64,000 nt of DNA, taken from NCBI GenBank assembly GCA_951406725.2, contig OX597819.1, forward strand, positions 4,712,001 through 4,776,000, in the 5' to 3' direction. The notes below the pieces were generated by a model that saw only the letters and a program-made list of their open reading frames with translations, made no database searches and was not told the origin of the DNA. This document shows, piece after piece, positions 53,119 through 64,000 of the stretch. Source of the DNA: Octopus vulgaris (lineage: Eukaryota). The number at the start of each line of letters is the position of its first letter. The first letter of the stretch is position 1. A program made the translations under genes and the position numbers.

Positions 53119-53815
53119 CAGTAGTTTTATTTTTATTTTTATAGCGTGCTTTCACTTCACTACCGAGCACAGCTCTGTGTGCCTTGGGTTTGTGCTGTGA
53201 TTTGTTGTGATGCTCTGATGGTTATTGTATGGAAAGTGTTCTGCGTAGGATGTGTGCAGTGCCCAGTAGTGCAATTTTCTGTATGTTATATGTGTTTGTA
53301 AGTCCTGGTGTTTTTGTTATGTATTTGTCTGAATATTTTTTTATCATGCCTAATGCACCTACTATGATAGGAATTGTTTCTGTTTTCAGATTCCACATTC
53401 TAGTTACCTCTATTTCCAGGTCTTTGTATTTTGAGAGTTTCTCCATTTCTTTTAGAGACACGTTGTCATCTGCCGGTACTGATACATCAATTAGAAAGCA
53501 TTTTTTTTCTTCATGGTCTCTGACAACTATATCTGGTCTGTTGGCCTTAATTTCTCTATCTGTGTGTATCGGCATATCCCAGAGTATGGTTGCTTTCTCG
53601 TTTTCTGTGACCTTTTCTGGTGTGTGCCTATACCATCTTTTTTCTGTTGTTATTCCATAATGTTGGCATAGCTTCCAATGTATGTAAGTTCCAACTCTGT
53701 CATGTCTGTGAATATATTCCTTCTTAGCCAGGACTGGGCAGCTAGAGATAATATGATTTATTGTTTCTTGTCCATCTCCACATATTCTGCAGTTACTTGT
53801 AATATTTCTTTTCAT
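53119..53815 (-). mobile_element. R4/Dong-like LINE 3' end (CCHC knuckle plus PD-(D/E)xK endonuclease) inserted in (AAT)n
   Basis: Intact 197-aa frame CRICGDGQETINHIISSC, RHDRV, NRPDIV..LIDVSVP..EKLSKY. Confidence 0.92.
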
Positions 53816-53817
53816 TA

Positions 53818-53962
<145 letters not shown>

Positions 53963-54102
53963 AACCCGGAATAACTCCGTGTCTTTCCAAGTAAAACGAC
54001 GTCATCAGTCATTGGTCTTTCCTCCTCAAATTTATATTATTGGTCGAACAATATTTCGACATTCCGTGTGTCTTTTACTAGCCCATTATAATAATAATAA
54101 TA

Positions 54103-54240
<138 letters not shown>

Positions 54241-54489
54241 TACTTTTAATCTGCATGTTTGTTACAATCACTCGCCGAGACACACCCAGCGTTCTAGGGC
54301 GAGTGAAGGATAAGAGATGTTATAGTATGACTGAAAGCTTGGGGAGGGAAAGTCGAAGGGGAAGTAGCGAAATATCTTCATGTAATACAACACAGACATT
54401 TAAATTAATAGGGTTTTCTAAGGATGTGGGTTGTACTTGTCAATACAATCTTTTGGATTTCTCTGAGACATGGTTCTCCTGGGATATTA

Positions 54490-55105
54490 TCTAGATGTTT
54501 CTGATATCCCATTCTTATCATACCAAAGGCACCCACAATAAGAGGAACAGATCTCGCTTTAAGATGTCACATCTTTTGCATTTCAGTTTCCAGGTCCTTA
54601 TATTTACTTGATTTGTCAAATTCCTTTAGGGATATATTTTTATCAGTGGGAACACTTACATCTATTAGTCTACAAGTATTTTTCTTCTCAGTCTTTCATG
54701 ACTATGTTTGGTAGATTGGCCTGGATCGTTCTATCGATGTTGACTGGAAAATCCCAGAGGATAGTGACGTTTTTACCCTCAACGACTGGCTCAGGATGAT
54801 GTTCATACCAGTAAGCAAGAGTGCTGATTTTGTAGTGTTTACATATTTTCCAATGTAAATACAGTCCTACCCTATCATGGCGATTTTTGTATTCATTTGG
54901 TGCCAGAATAGGCCATCCCGAGACGGGATGGTTTATTGTTTCATCAAATTTATCGTAGAATCTGCATTTAGGGCCACAACCGTTTTGAAGAACGTCAGCC
55001 TGGTAGTTTTTGGTAAGCAAGCTTTGATTTTGTGCCACCAATATGAAAACCTCAGTCTCTGCATTCAGTCCTGAGCTTCCCAACCACTGATAGGTTGTTG
55101 CTTTG
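54490..55105 (-). mobile_element. R4/Dong-like RLE LINE fragment, diverged
   Basis: ETEVFILVAQNQ, YKNRHDRVGLYLHW and TILWDFPV. Confidence 0.85.
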
Positions 55106-55130
55106 CCTACATCAGTGATGATGATGATGG

Positions 55131-55179
<49 letters not shown>

Positions 55180-55187
55180 GCAGCAGC

Positions 55188-55263
<76 letters not shown>

Positions 55264-56363
55264 CCATCATCATCATCACACTTTTTCTGTTTCAACCTCT
55301 CTGCACTGGTAAAAGAAACCGTTATAAATTACACGATATTTGTCAGTTGTTTCTGGTTATTGGTGATGTGTCCTGAACAAGATTCTATTCACAGCCTCAT
55401 TTATCGGGCAGAACAGGTAAGAGAGAAAGAAAGAGAATTGTTTGATGTGTGGTATTGAAATATTGGAATATCTGATTTGACAAGGAAACAGAAATGAATA
55501 TAAAATTGCTAAATTCTTGATTTGAATTTTCTTGCATTCGACTCAATTTATTATTCAGTGATGTAGCTGATAACAGAAATATGGGTGCCAAGTGAAACTC
55601 CAGACGCCATAACTATCATAGCGATCTCTATAAAGGAACCCAAGGATTTCATTCTGACGCCAGATTACAATAGAAAATGGAAAATATGAAAATATCTTAA
55701 TTCTGCTTGAAAATGATATGCCATAATGTCGTGGGCACAGAGTTCGTTTTCAATATCTTCTTTTTCCTCACAGTCATATCGATTTAGTGTGATCGATAAA
55801 GTATCAAGATTCTACTGAATTGTCTCCATCTTTCGACAAGATATCAGTGGCCTAGTGCCAATTTGAGAACCCATGTTGTTGTTGTTGTTGTTGTTGCTGT
55901 TGCTGCTGCTTAGCCCCATCCTCGGGTTAGCCCTGATCTACATATTCCAACCATGACTATCCCTTAGGATTTCGGATTATAAAATGTGGGACTAAGCAAT
56001 TACTCAATATCCTCCCTTTTTAATACAGAATGAAGTAGTAAGAAGGAAATTTGTTGTTTTCCCCCAAGCAGATCTTGTGTCGTTTGTCCCCAGGTCAACT
56101 ATTATTGATCAGACTTATGATAACAGACATGACATCTGTGACCATCCTGTATGGGGTAAATTGGACTGCATTATTTAATGTATCCTCTCTCTCTAATTAT
56201 GACAAGAGGGCGTAATTTGGGAGAGATCTGTTTGTTGTTGTCATCGACGTCGTCATCTTCATCCCTATCATGGTGAATACGGGTTATTGTAGGAGTAGTC
56301 GTCACGTTTACTAGATTTATATATAAACTATTCCATAATTGAATGTTTAAGCTAGTTTCCTGC

Positions 56364-56593
56364 TATTTCTTTACTGCCCACAAGGGGCTAAACATAGAGG
56401 GGACAAACAAGGACAGACAAACGGATTAAGTCGATTATATCGACCCAGTGCGTAACTGGTACTTATTTAATCGACCCCGAAAGGATGAAAGGCAAAGTCG
56501 ACCACGGCGGAAATTGAACTTAGAACGTAAGACAGAAGAAATGCCGCTAAGCATTTCGTCCGGCGTGCTAACGTTTCTGCCAGCTCGCCGCCT
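56364..56593 (-). mobile_element. SINE family C, full length
   Basis: Near-identical to 7297-7528. Confidence 0.9.
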
Positions 56594-56699
56594 ATAACAT
56601 CGTCGTTACCGTCGTCGTCGTCGTGTAAGGTAGGGATTAGAATGCACGTGAACGAGTAGATGAGTATGTTATGGACTTGGCACATTTGTTTTTATCGTT

Positions 56700-58064
56700 T
56701 TGGGCCTGAAAGAAAAGGTTAAGTAGCTATGGTCTTTGCAAGGCCTCTGAGACTGGTGCGATCGACATTCTTCATGTTCCTCTTGAACATTCACAAGTCG
56801 GTAGTCGCAGGAAAGAAAAGACATACAAAGAATGATAACCAAAAAGCCAAGATTTTGTGGAGGAACATGAAGTTGGACACAACATGGGTGACGAGATGTG
56901 ATATGAGGGAGTAAGGAGCGCCAAAAGGGAGGCAGCACAAAACCAACCAGTTCCGAGTAGCAGAAACCACCGTAGTATCATTAAATAAGACAAAGAATAA
57001 AAAAGAGAGAAGAAAGAGAAAGTCTGTAGAGTAGGGGCTGGAGTCTCACGGTGAGCAGCTTCATGTCAATCAGTTGAGTGGCTTTTCTTTAGATAGAGTC
57101 GAGAATGACTATGTATGTAGCAGTAACACCGTCCTGGACATGTGGGAGAACTACTCCATGGTAGAGGGTTAATAGTTATAGAGGGAGGAATTATTTTCTG
57201 ACTCTGAAGAGGAAGGTCAGTTTCTGTGAGGTTGTTTTGGCTGTGTTTTTGTCAAGGGAGCTACTCAATAATGAGAGATATTCAGTAATGAGGGTATCTC
57301 AGGAGAGATAATGTTTTGGCTGTGTGTTTGCCAGGGGAGACACTCAGTAATGATCCGATCTAACATATAATGCGATTTTGAGGGTTCTAGTCGTTTTCTG
57401 TTCATGTTTAGAGAAAATCAGTTGCGATGATGTTTTCTTGATATGCGTAGTAACTGTGTGTTTGTGTTGCTGAAGGAAACAAGATTGACATGAACCAACT
57501 GAATACTGTTTTTGAAATATCTGTTCCCGGAATCAGTGTATATTTGTTGTGAAGTGTCCAGATTACATATGAATGAAATTTTTTTTGTGGAATTTAAGGA
57601 GGAATAAAACGTGACATTATCTGTAAAGGAGTGGGCGGTTTTTGGAGGTAACGGCAAGTAGGCGGTTGACATATCAGAGAAATATTTAAAATAATAAAAA
57701 CCAAACCCCGGGATATACTTGACATGATAGAGTTTGGACCAGAGATGACTCCTGTATATAACACATTGGTGTGAGCTAAAAGAAACAGATGGAACCCAAA
57801 GTTGGGTAGTTTTGTTAGATACGGACGAGTGTTTTGCTGATATCGAACAAAACAAACAGTTTTCACCAAATTTTTTGAAAAAATGAAGAGCTGGTGGTAA
57901 TCACTAAGAAGGATGAGAGCCAGGATGCAGAGGAAGTTGTTAATAGACGTTTCCATCACCTTTTAGATGTTGAGAATGATTGTGATAGAGTAAAAGTTGA
58001 CCTGATATTCGGGACAGACTGAAGCGTGTTTCAAAGATCACGATATATTCATGTTGAGAGCGAA

Positions 58065-58151
<87 letters not shown>

Positions 58152-60070
58152 TAGGCAGACAGACAAGCAGGCAGACAAACAGAAGAGTGGGTGGGGGGGA
58201 GATCGGAGAATTTAGTAATGATTTTAACTAACTCTAAGGTGTGCTTTGTTTTAAGGTAATGAAAGGGACATCGTCAGAAACGGTGGTCTTCTTGGCTTGA
58301 AGCGACCGGAGGAAGTGGCTTGGTGTGTATGTTTTCATATTGGTGGACCTGATGGAATGGAAAAAGATGCTTTTTGAAGAGGTTAATCTACTTGTGGAGA
58401 GTATAACTGGATGCAATGTGAGCAACATAGAATAAGGCTTTCTCAATAGAGATATTTCAGAGTAAGCCGTCATTGTCGAGAAGTGTAAGAAAGGAAGATT
58501 CTCCAAAGTTGGTAGAGATATTTATGGCAAGGAACAAAAAGAATCGACTGAATTTTGGAAGGCAAGAGAAATTACAGGGTGTGTGATGCACGATGCACCC
58601 TTCTCGATTTGCATTAAGGTCTTTCAGGAGTTGTGATGCTGGCCAAAATCCAGTTTGTAGGGATGAGTAATTTTCTCCAGCTATGAGAGAACGACTACGG
58701 GAACTTGAAATTGTGAGATTATGAATATGGGAGACGCAGAAAGACGTTGGTAAATGGATGGCTTCTGTTACACGCTGAACACGTTGCAATGAATTAGAAT
58801 TGAAGAACATGTGCTGCCTGGGATAGTTAACAGAACTGGCGATGCTCCCACCAGTTTATCTAATATGTTATAGGATTCAGGAAGTGCAGGGCGGGGCGTA
58901 ATATGTGGATGGTTAGTGGGTGATCGCAATGAAGCATTGGTCGAACGACCCGAGATAGGCGTACAGATTTTGATGGCGAAGTAGAGGTTAGGTTTGGGGG
59001 TCATAAAGAGATGTTTGGAGTATCTGTGTGTTGGTAAGGAATACGAATATGGGATGAAACTAGTTGATGTAGAGTTTTGAAGATTGCGAAATATATGGTT
59101 TCTACACAAGCGGCATCAATATGCATTGAGTGTGAGATTGAAAATGGGTTGCATGCACTGATGTCGCTAACGATTAAAAGATGTCCTCCATGCAGGAAGT
59201 AATATGACCGAAAAGTTGGTGGTTATTAGAGGAGTTCTGAGAGCGGTAGAGGAAACGATTTATTTGGAGAAGTGTTCGGGGTGGATTTTAAGCCTGAGTA
59301 GCTGGAAGTTTTGTTGCTGATATCTAGGTTAGAGAGTCGAAGTGAAATTTTAATGCTGAGTATAGCTTGTCTAACACAGATGGACTATAGATATGAATTG
59401 AGAGATTTACTGGGTCTCCTCACTTAAATTCGACATTATTAACTTCGATCTCGTGAACGTCAGCCTTAAATTTGTCATCGTCAGCCTCAAATTCGTTGTC
59501 ATTCATGGTTACGTCGTCGTCTATCCCGATTTTGTCAGCATCAAATTAATTTTGTCATCGTCGTGTGGTTTTATATCTAATGCATTAAATGTATATATAT
59601 TTTACGGAAATGTTAGATACGAATTTTTGTTGTTGTTTTTTTTTAATAAATAAAACTTGTAATACTTTACAAAACTTTTTGATGTTTATAGTTGTTCGCA
59701 ATTCTGCGACAGTTTAATCCCTGGCGTCAATGTTTACTTCATAAAAAAGAAAATCGCTCCATCTTACAGTGACGACATTTAAACGGACAAAAACGACATC
59801 GAGACAGATGACAATGTAATTGAGACTGGCGATGACAAATTTGAGATTGACATTGGCGAGGTTGATAATGCCCCGAATGTGAGTGTTGGGGAAGAACCCT
59901 GAATGCTTCGAAGAGTGGAAATAGGATGAATGGCTGACGTGTTAGTAGGAGATGATGTAAGGAGTTTAGATTTTGGTTTAGGTTTTCTCAAGTTCCACGA
60001 TGTTAAAGAAGGGGGAGAAGAATTGACCATAGTGTTTAGTTTTAATTTTGGGTGTCGGTACGCCATAAGG
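56700..60070 (-). mobile_element. Heavily decayed CR1-like LINE (APE plus RT), interrupted by a microsatellite and a MITE
   Basis: Broken frames give HIRGI, HSFTDNVTF (FADD-like), NLVSFSNTNTQLL, QKLTFLFRVRK and SFFPATT. Confidence 0.6.
59434..59871. mobile_element. MITE-like insertion with degenerate ~55-bp TIRs
   Basis: CATTATTAACTTCG..AAATTTGTCATCGTCAGCCTCAA versus TTGAGACTGGCGATGACAAATTT..CGAGGTTGATAATG. Confidence 0.6.
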
Positions 60071-61148
60071 TCCCAGTAACACCTGCGGTGATATTACACA
60101 ACTGATTTTATGTGCTAACTACCCAAAAAGTTAGGGAGACCATCCATAACGGATATACAAAAGGACTGCACTATAAAAAATAATGACTCCAGGATCAAAT
60201 AACGCGCGCGTGTGTGTGCCCTTTACCCACTAGTATTTGGGTTAGTTACTTATACATAGGCAAACACATCACACACATGCACATACACACACACACACAC
60301 ACACACATACATACACACATACATGTATACACACATACATGCATAAATGCATACATATAATTTGTATGTGAAACCTTATAAATACCAAGGCTTTAAGATA
60401 TAGAGGCATGGTCATAGGAAAATATGTTATTTGAAAATACTAATATACATCCAAATATGTATGCATGTATTTATGTATATGTAATTATGTATGCATGTAT
60501 AGGTATACATGTGTGCATGTGTGTGCGTGAGAGAGAGAGGGGGGAGAGAGGGAGGAGAGAGAGTGGCTGCTCGTCTATAGGCTCTGTGGAGCGGCAGAAC
60601 TACACATTTTCACCCGGTGTATACGGGTATAATGTATACGTTGGTGATTTATTTATATTTGTTTAAGTTATCAAAAACTATTATCAAACATCTTTAGACT
60701 CAACGCCAATGATCATCGTCTCATTCCTAGAAAACAACAAAGATCCCTGTATGTTGAACAGACTACTTTACACTGGCAATGACGAAGTGTTTGCTTTGTG
60801 AGGCGCATGTACACATGTTCTAGAGGCATGCAGGGAGAGCACTGTGGTACACGCAGTGCCGATCTGGTTTATCACGCTGGGAGGTAGTGTTTATGCACCG
60901 TCTTGTGTGGTGCTTATTCATCGTCTGCTATGTCAAGAGCATTTGAATGTGATAAATTATAGGCGATGTGATAACATACATACAGAGACTGCAAAGAATA
61001 GTTTCAATTAATAAGCAAAGCTTCCTTGTCAATTTGTGACGGAGAATGAACTTTAACAGGCTAATTTTTTACGGTTGTCTCTTGAATTTTAAAACAAGAG
61101 AAGGCATTAGCACACCAGGCGAAATGATTGTCTGACTTTACGTTCTGA

Positions 61149-63758
61149 ATTATGGTGCTTGAAATAGATGGAAATCCGAAAACAACATTGGTATGTGTGT
61201 ATAGCCCACATAATTCGACTGTGGCAGACGAGATTGAGAATTTTTATACAACCCTTCGTTCAACCATTGAGCAAGTACCTCTCCATAATGTTCTAGTTAT
61301 AGCTGGTGATCTGAACGCAAAACTAGGACCCGATGAGACCAAGTTTACTTTCAACTCTAAAACTAATCGGAACGGGGAAATGCTCAAAGACTTTTTAGAG
61401 GAATTTAATCTTTACACCTCCAACAATTATTTTATGAAACCAAAAGGACAACTTTGGACATTCGAGTCCCCACTTGGTGATAGGGCACAAATTGACTACC
61501 TCATGTTTCGAAAGAAGTGGCGCAATAGTGTTAAAGACTCGAGATCCTACTCTTCCTTTAGTTCTGTTGGCTCCGACCACAGAATTGTATCAGCTACCGT
61601 TAAGCTTAGTCTTCGCTCATCCAAAAAAGCTAAGCTTCACCCGATGAAAACGATCGACTGGGAGGAAGTCTCGTCTAACCCCGATATGTCCAAACAATTT
61701 ACTATTGAGGTCTATAACAAATTTCAATCCTTGTCTACTTCTGAAATAGATGTTGAGAACATTGAAGAAGTCTACAGCAGCCTCATCAAATCAACAGAGG
61801 AAGGTGCACTGGTTACTCTTCCCAAAAAGAAGAGTAGGGGCCAGAGCAGACCTTCTAATTCCCCAAATGTCATCGAAGCCAGAAACCATCTAAAGTCTAT
61901 ATCACTAGCTTACCACCGTTCTCCATCCCAGTCACTGAAGATCCAACTCATAACTGCCAAGAAGAATCTTGATGATGCTTACTTGAACGCCGAGGTCGAC
62001 TTTATCAAAGGCAAAATTAGCAAACTATCCAACGAGCACATTAGTAAAAAACACCATCTCGCCTGGAAATCCATCAAAGACCTATCAGGCAAAAATTCTG
62101 GGTCATCAATTAGAATTAAAGGGGGATCAGCTAAGAAGCGTTTAGAAAATTGGTCAACTCATTTTAAAAACGTTCTTGGGAAGAATGCCAAAATCCCTGA
62201 TAACCCCACTCTTCCAAATGTACCTATATCAGATACGCTGGACATCAACACCTCCCCTTTTACCATATTTGAACTAAGGGCAGCCACTAAACAACTGAAA
62301 GCCTCGAAAGCATTTGGTCCCGACCACATCCCAGCTATAATTTGGAAGGATGATAGATTTCACGCACTTTTGCTCAATCTTTGCAACCACACACTTTCCA
62401 CTTTGTAGCTCCAAAGATTTGGCACCAATCCCAAATCATCCCAATACCCAAAAAAGGCAATTTATCCTTCGTCACCAACTACAGGGGTATATCTCTAATG
62501 TCAATTGCTGCAAAATTGTACAACAAACTAATTCTAAACCGTCTCATCCTTTTTGTTGAACCTTTGCTCCGAAAGAACCAAAATGGATTCAGACATGGGC
62601 ACTCAACGTTGAGCCAAATACTATGCCTACGCAGACTTATTGAAGAATCAAAAGCATTTAATCGCGATCTTGCAATGGTGTTTGTAGACTTTTCTAAAGC
62701 GTACGACTCTGTAGATAGGTACAAGATGTTTGAAATCCTTAAGCTCTATGGGATACCAGACAAAATTATTTCTGCCAACAAGGTCCTCTACACAGATACG
62801 TCTTCAACCATCTTAACCCCTGACGAAGAAACATCATCTTTCTCAATCAAAGCCGGAATACTGCAGAGAGACACACTCGTCCCATTTCTCTTCATCATTG
62901 TCGTTGACTATGTGCTACGTATGTCAGTTGATACCATTTCTGGCAAGGGCTTTAAAATAAAACCTAGAAGAAGTTCCAGACACCCAGCTGAATACTTGAC
63001 AGACACTGACTTTGCTGACGACATCGCTCTTATCAGTGATTCTCTCTCCAATGCCCAGTCTCTTTTATAATCTCTCGAACAAGCCTCAAATTGTGTAGGT
63101 CTTTACCTCAATGAGGCAAAGACTGAATATGTAAACAAGTGTCTGTCCAACAGTGATTGCATCATCTCAACAATACGCCCTTAAATATGGTTTCTGATTA
63201 CAAATATCTTGGGTCATACATATCATCATCTGGAAAAGATTTTCTGACTAGAAAGGGTATGGCCTGGTCAGCCTGTAATGATATGCATAAGATCTGGTCA
63301 TCAAATCTAAGTAGAGACCTCAAACTTAAAATCTTCAGAGCCACAGTCGAACCAATTCTACTATATGGCTCAGAAACCTGGACGTTATCAAAGAAGCTTG
63401 AGAGGATGGAACCTACACTCGCCTCCTTATGAGAGCTCAAAATCTCTCGTGGAAGCGTCATCCAACCAAAATGCAAATATATGGGAAACTACTACCTGTG
63501 TCATCTCTTGTGAAAGGTAGGAGAGTCCAGTTTGCTGGACATTGTTGTAGAGCTGAAAAAGAGGTAATTTCTACTCTTCTCCTCTGGAAGCCATCTACTC
63601 GCAATACCAGAGGGCGCACACTCTCCTACCCTGATGTAATCTCCAGGGATACAGGCATCCAGCAACAGGACCTCCGTAATGCCATGATGGACCGTGAAGT
63701 CTGGCGTAGCATGGTAAATTCCATTGTCTCGACCACGGTCGAACAATGATGATGATGA
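61149..63758 (+). mobile_element. 5'-truncated RTE-clade LINE (APE endonuclease plus RT, frameshifted) with (GAT)n tail, nested in a family C SINE
   Basis: VYSPH, GDLNAK, IDY, SDH, NYRGISL, FVDFSKAYDSV and FADD; 11-bp TSD TTACGTTCTGA at 61138 and 63759. Confidence 0.93.
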
Positions 63759-64000
63759 TTACGTTCTGAGTTCAAATTCCGCTGAGCTCGACTTTGCCTT
63801 TCATCCTCTCGGAGTCGATAATAAGTACCAGTTAAATACTGGGGTTGATATAATCAATTTATCCCCTCCCACCGTATTTGATGGCCTTTTACCAAAATTT
63901 GGAATCAATATCAAGACAATAGAAGATGGCAAGCTGGTAGAATCGTTAGCACACCCTGCAAAATGCATTGCGGCATTTCGTTCGTCTTTACGTTCTGGGT
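63759..64000 (+). mobile_element. SINE family C remainder plus the start of another copy
   Basis: GTTCTGAGTTCAAATTCC..GACTTTGCCTTTCATCC; second head at ~63927. Confidence 0.8.

Noticed and set aside
53995-54065. Possible type II hammerhead on the minus strand (GTCGAAA-TATTG..CAATA...CTGATGA)
   Set aside because: The U of the cleavage triplet is not correctly placed and helices I and II are poor; at best a decayed motif
61152-63749. Active RTE retrotransposon
   Set aside because: 5'-truncated, with frameshifts and a stop splitting it into four ORFs

Overview
Eukaryotic, AT-rich, extremely repeat-dense non-coding DNA. The SINE repertoire, microsatellite load and LINE types suggest a cephalopod, probably Octopus (inference). 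No host protein-coding gene can be called with confidence, and most long ORFs are translations of microsatellites. Identifiable content: several tRNA-derived SINE families, 5'-truncated LINEs (Tx1/L1 in a GATA array, RTE with TSD, CR1-like, several R4/Dong-like RLE fragments), non-autonomous Helitrons, MITEs, decayed DNA-transposase remnants, a U6 snRNA pseudogene, a tRNA-Ser(GCT) pseudogene and many Penelope-like fragments. The main signal is a set of hammerhead-ribozyme motifs in these repeats. Six are type I-like motifs (one canonical core, five with variant cores). A separate repeat family, including a 2.1-copy ~845-bp tandem array, carries the hammerhead core segments in a non-circularly permuted order. 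That reading is supported by compensatory base changes and conserved spacing across diverged copies in this window. All ribozyme calls are sequence-only predictions made by eye.
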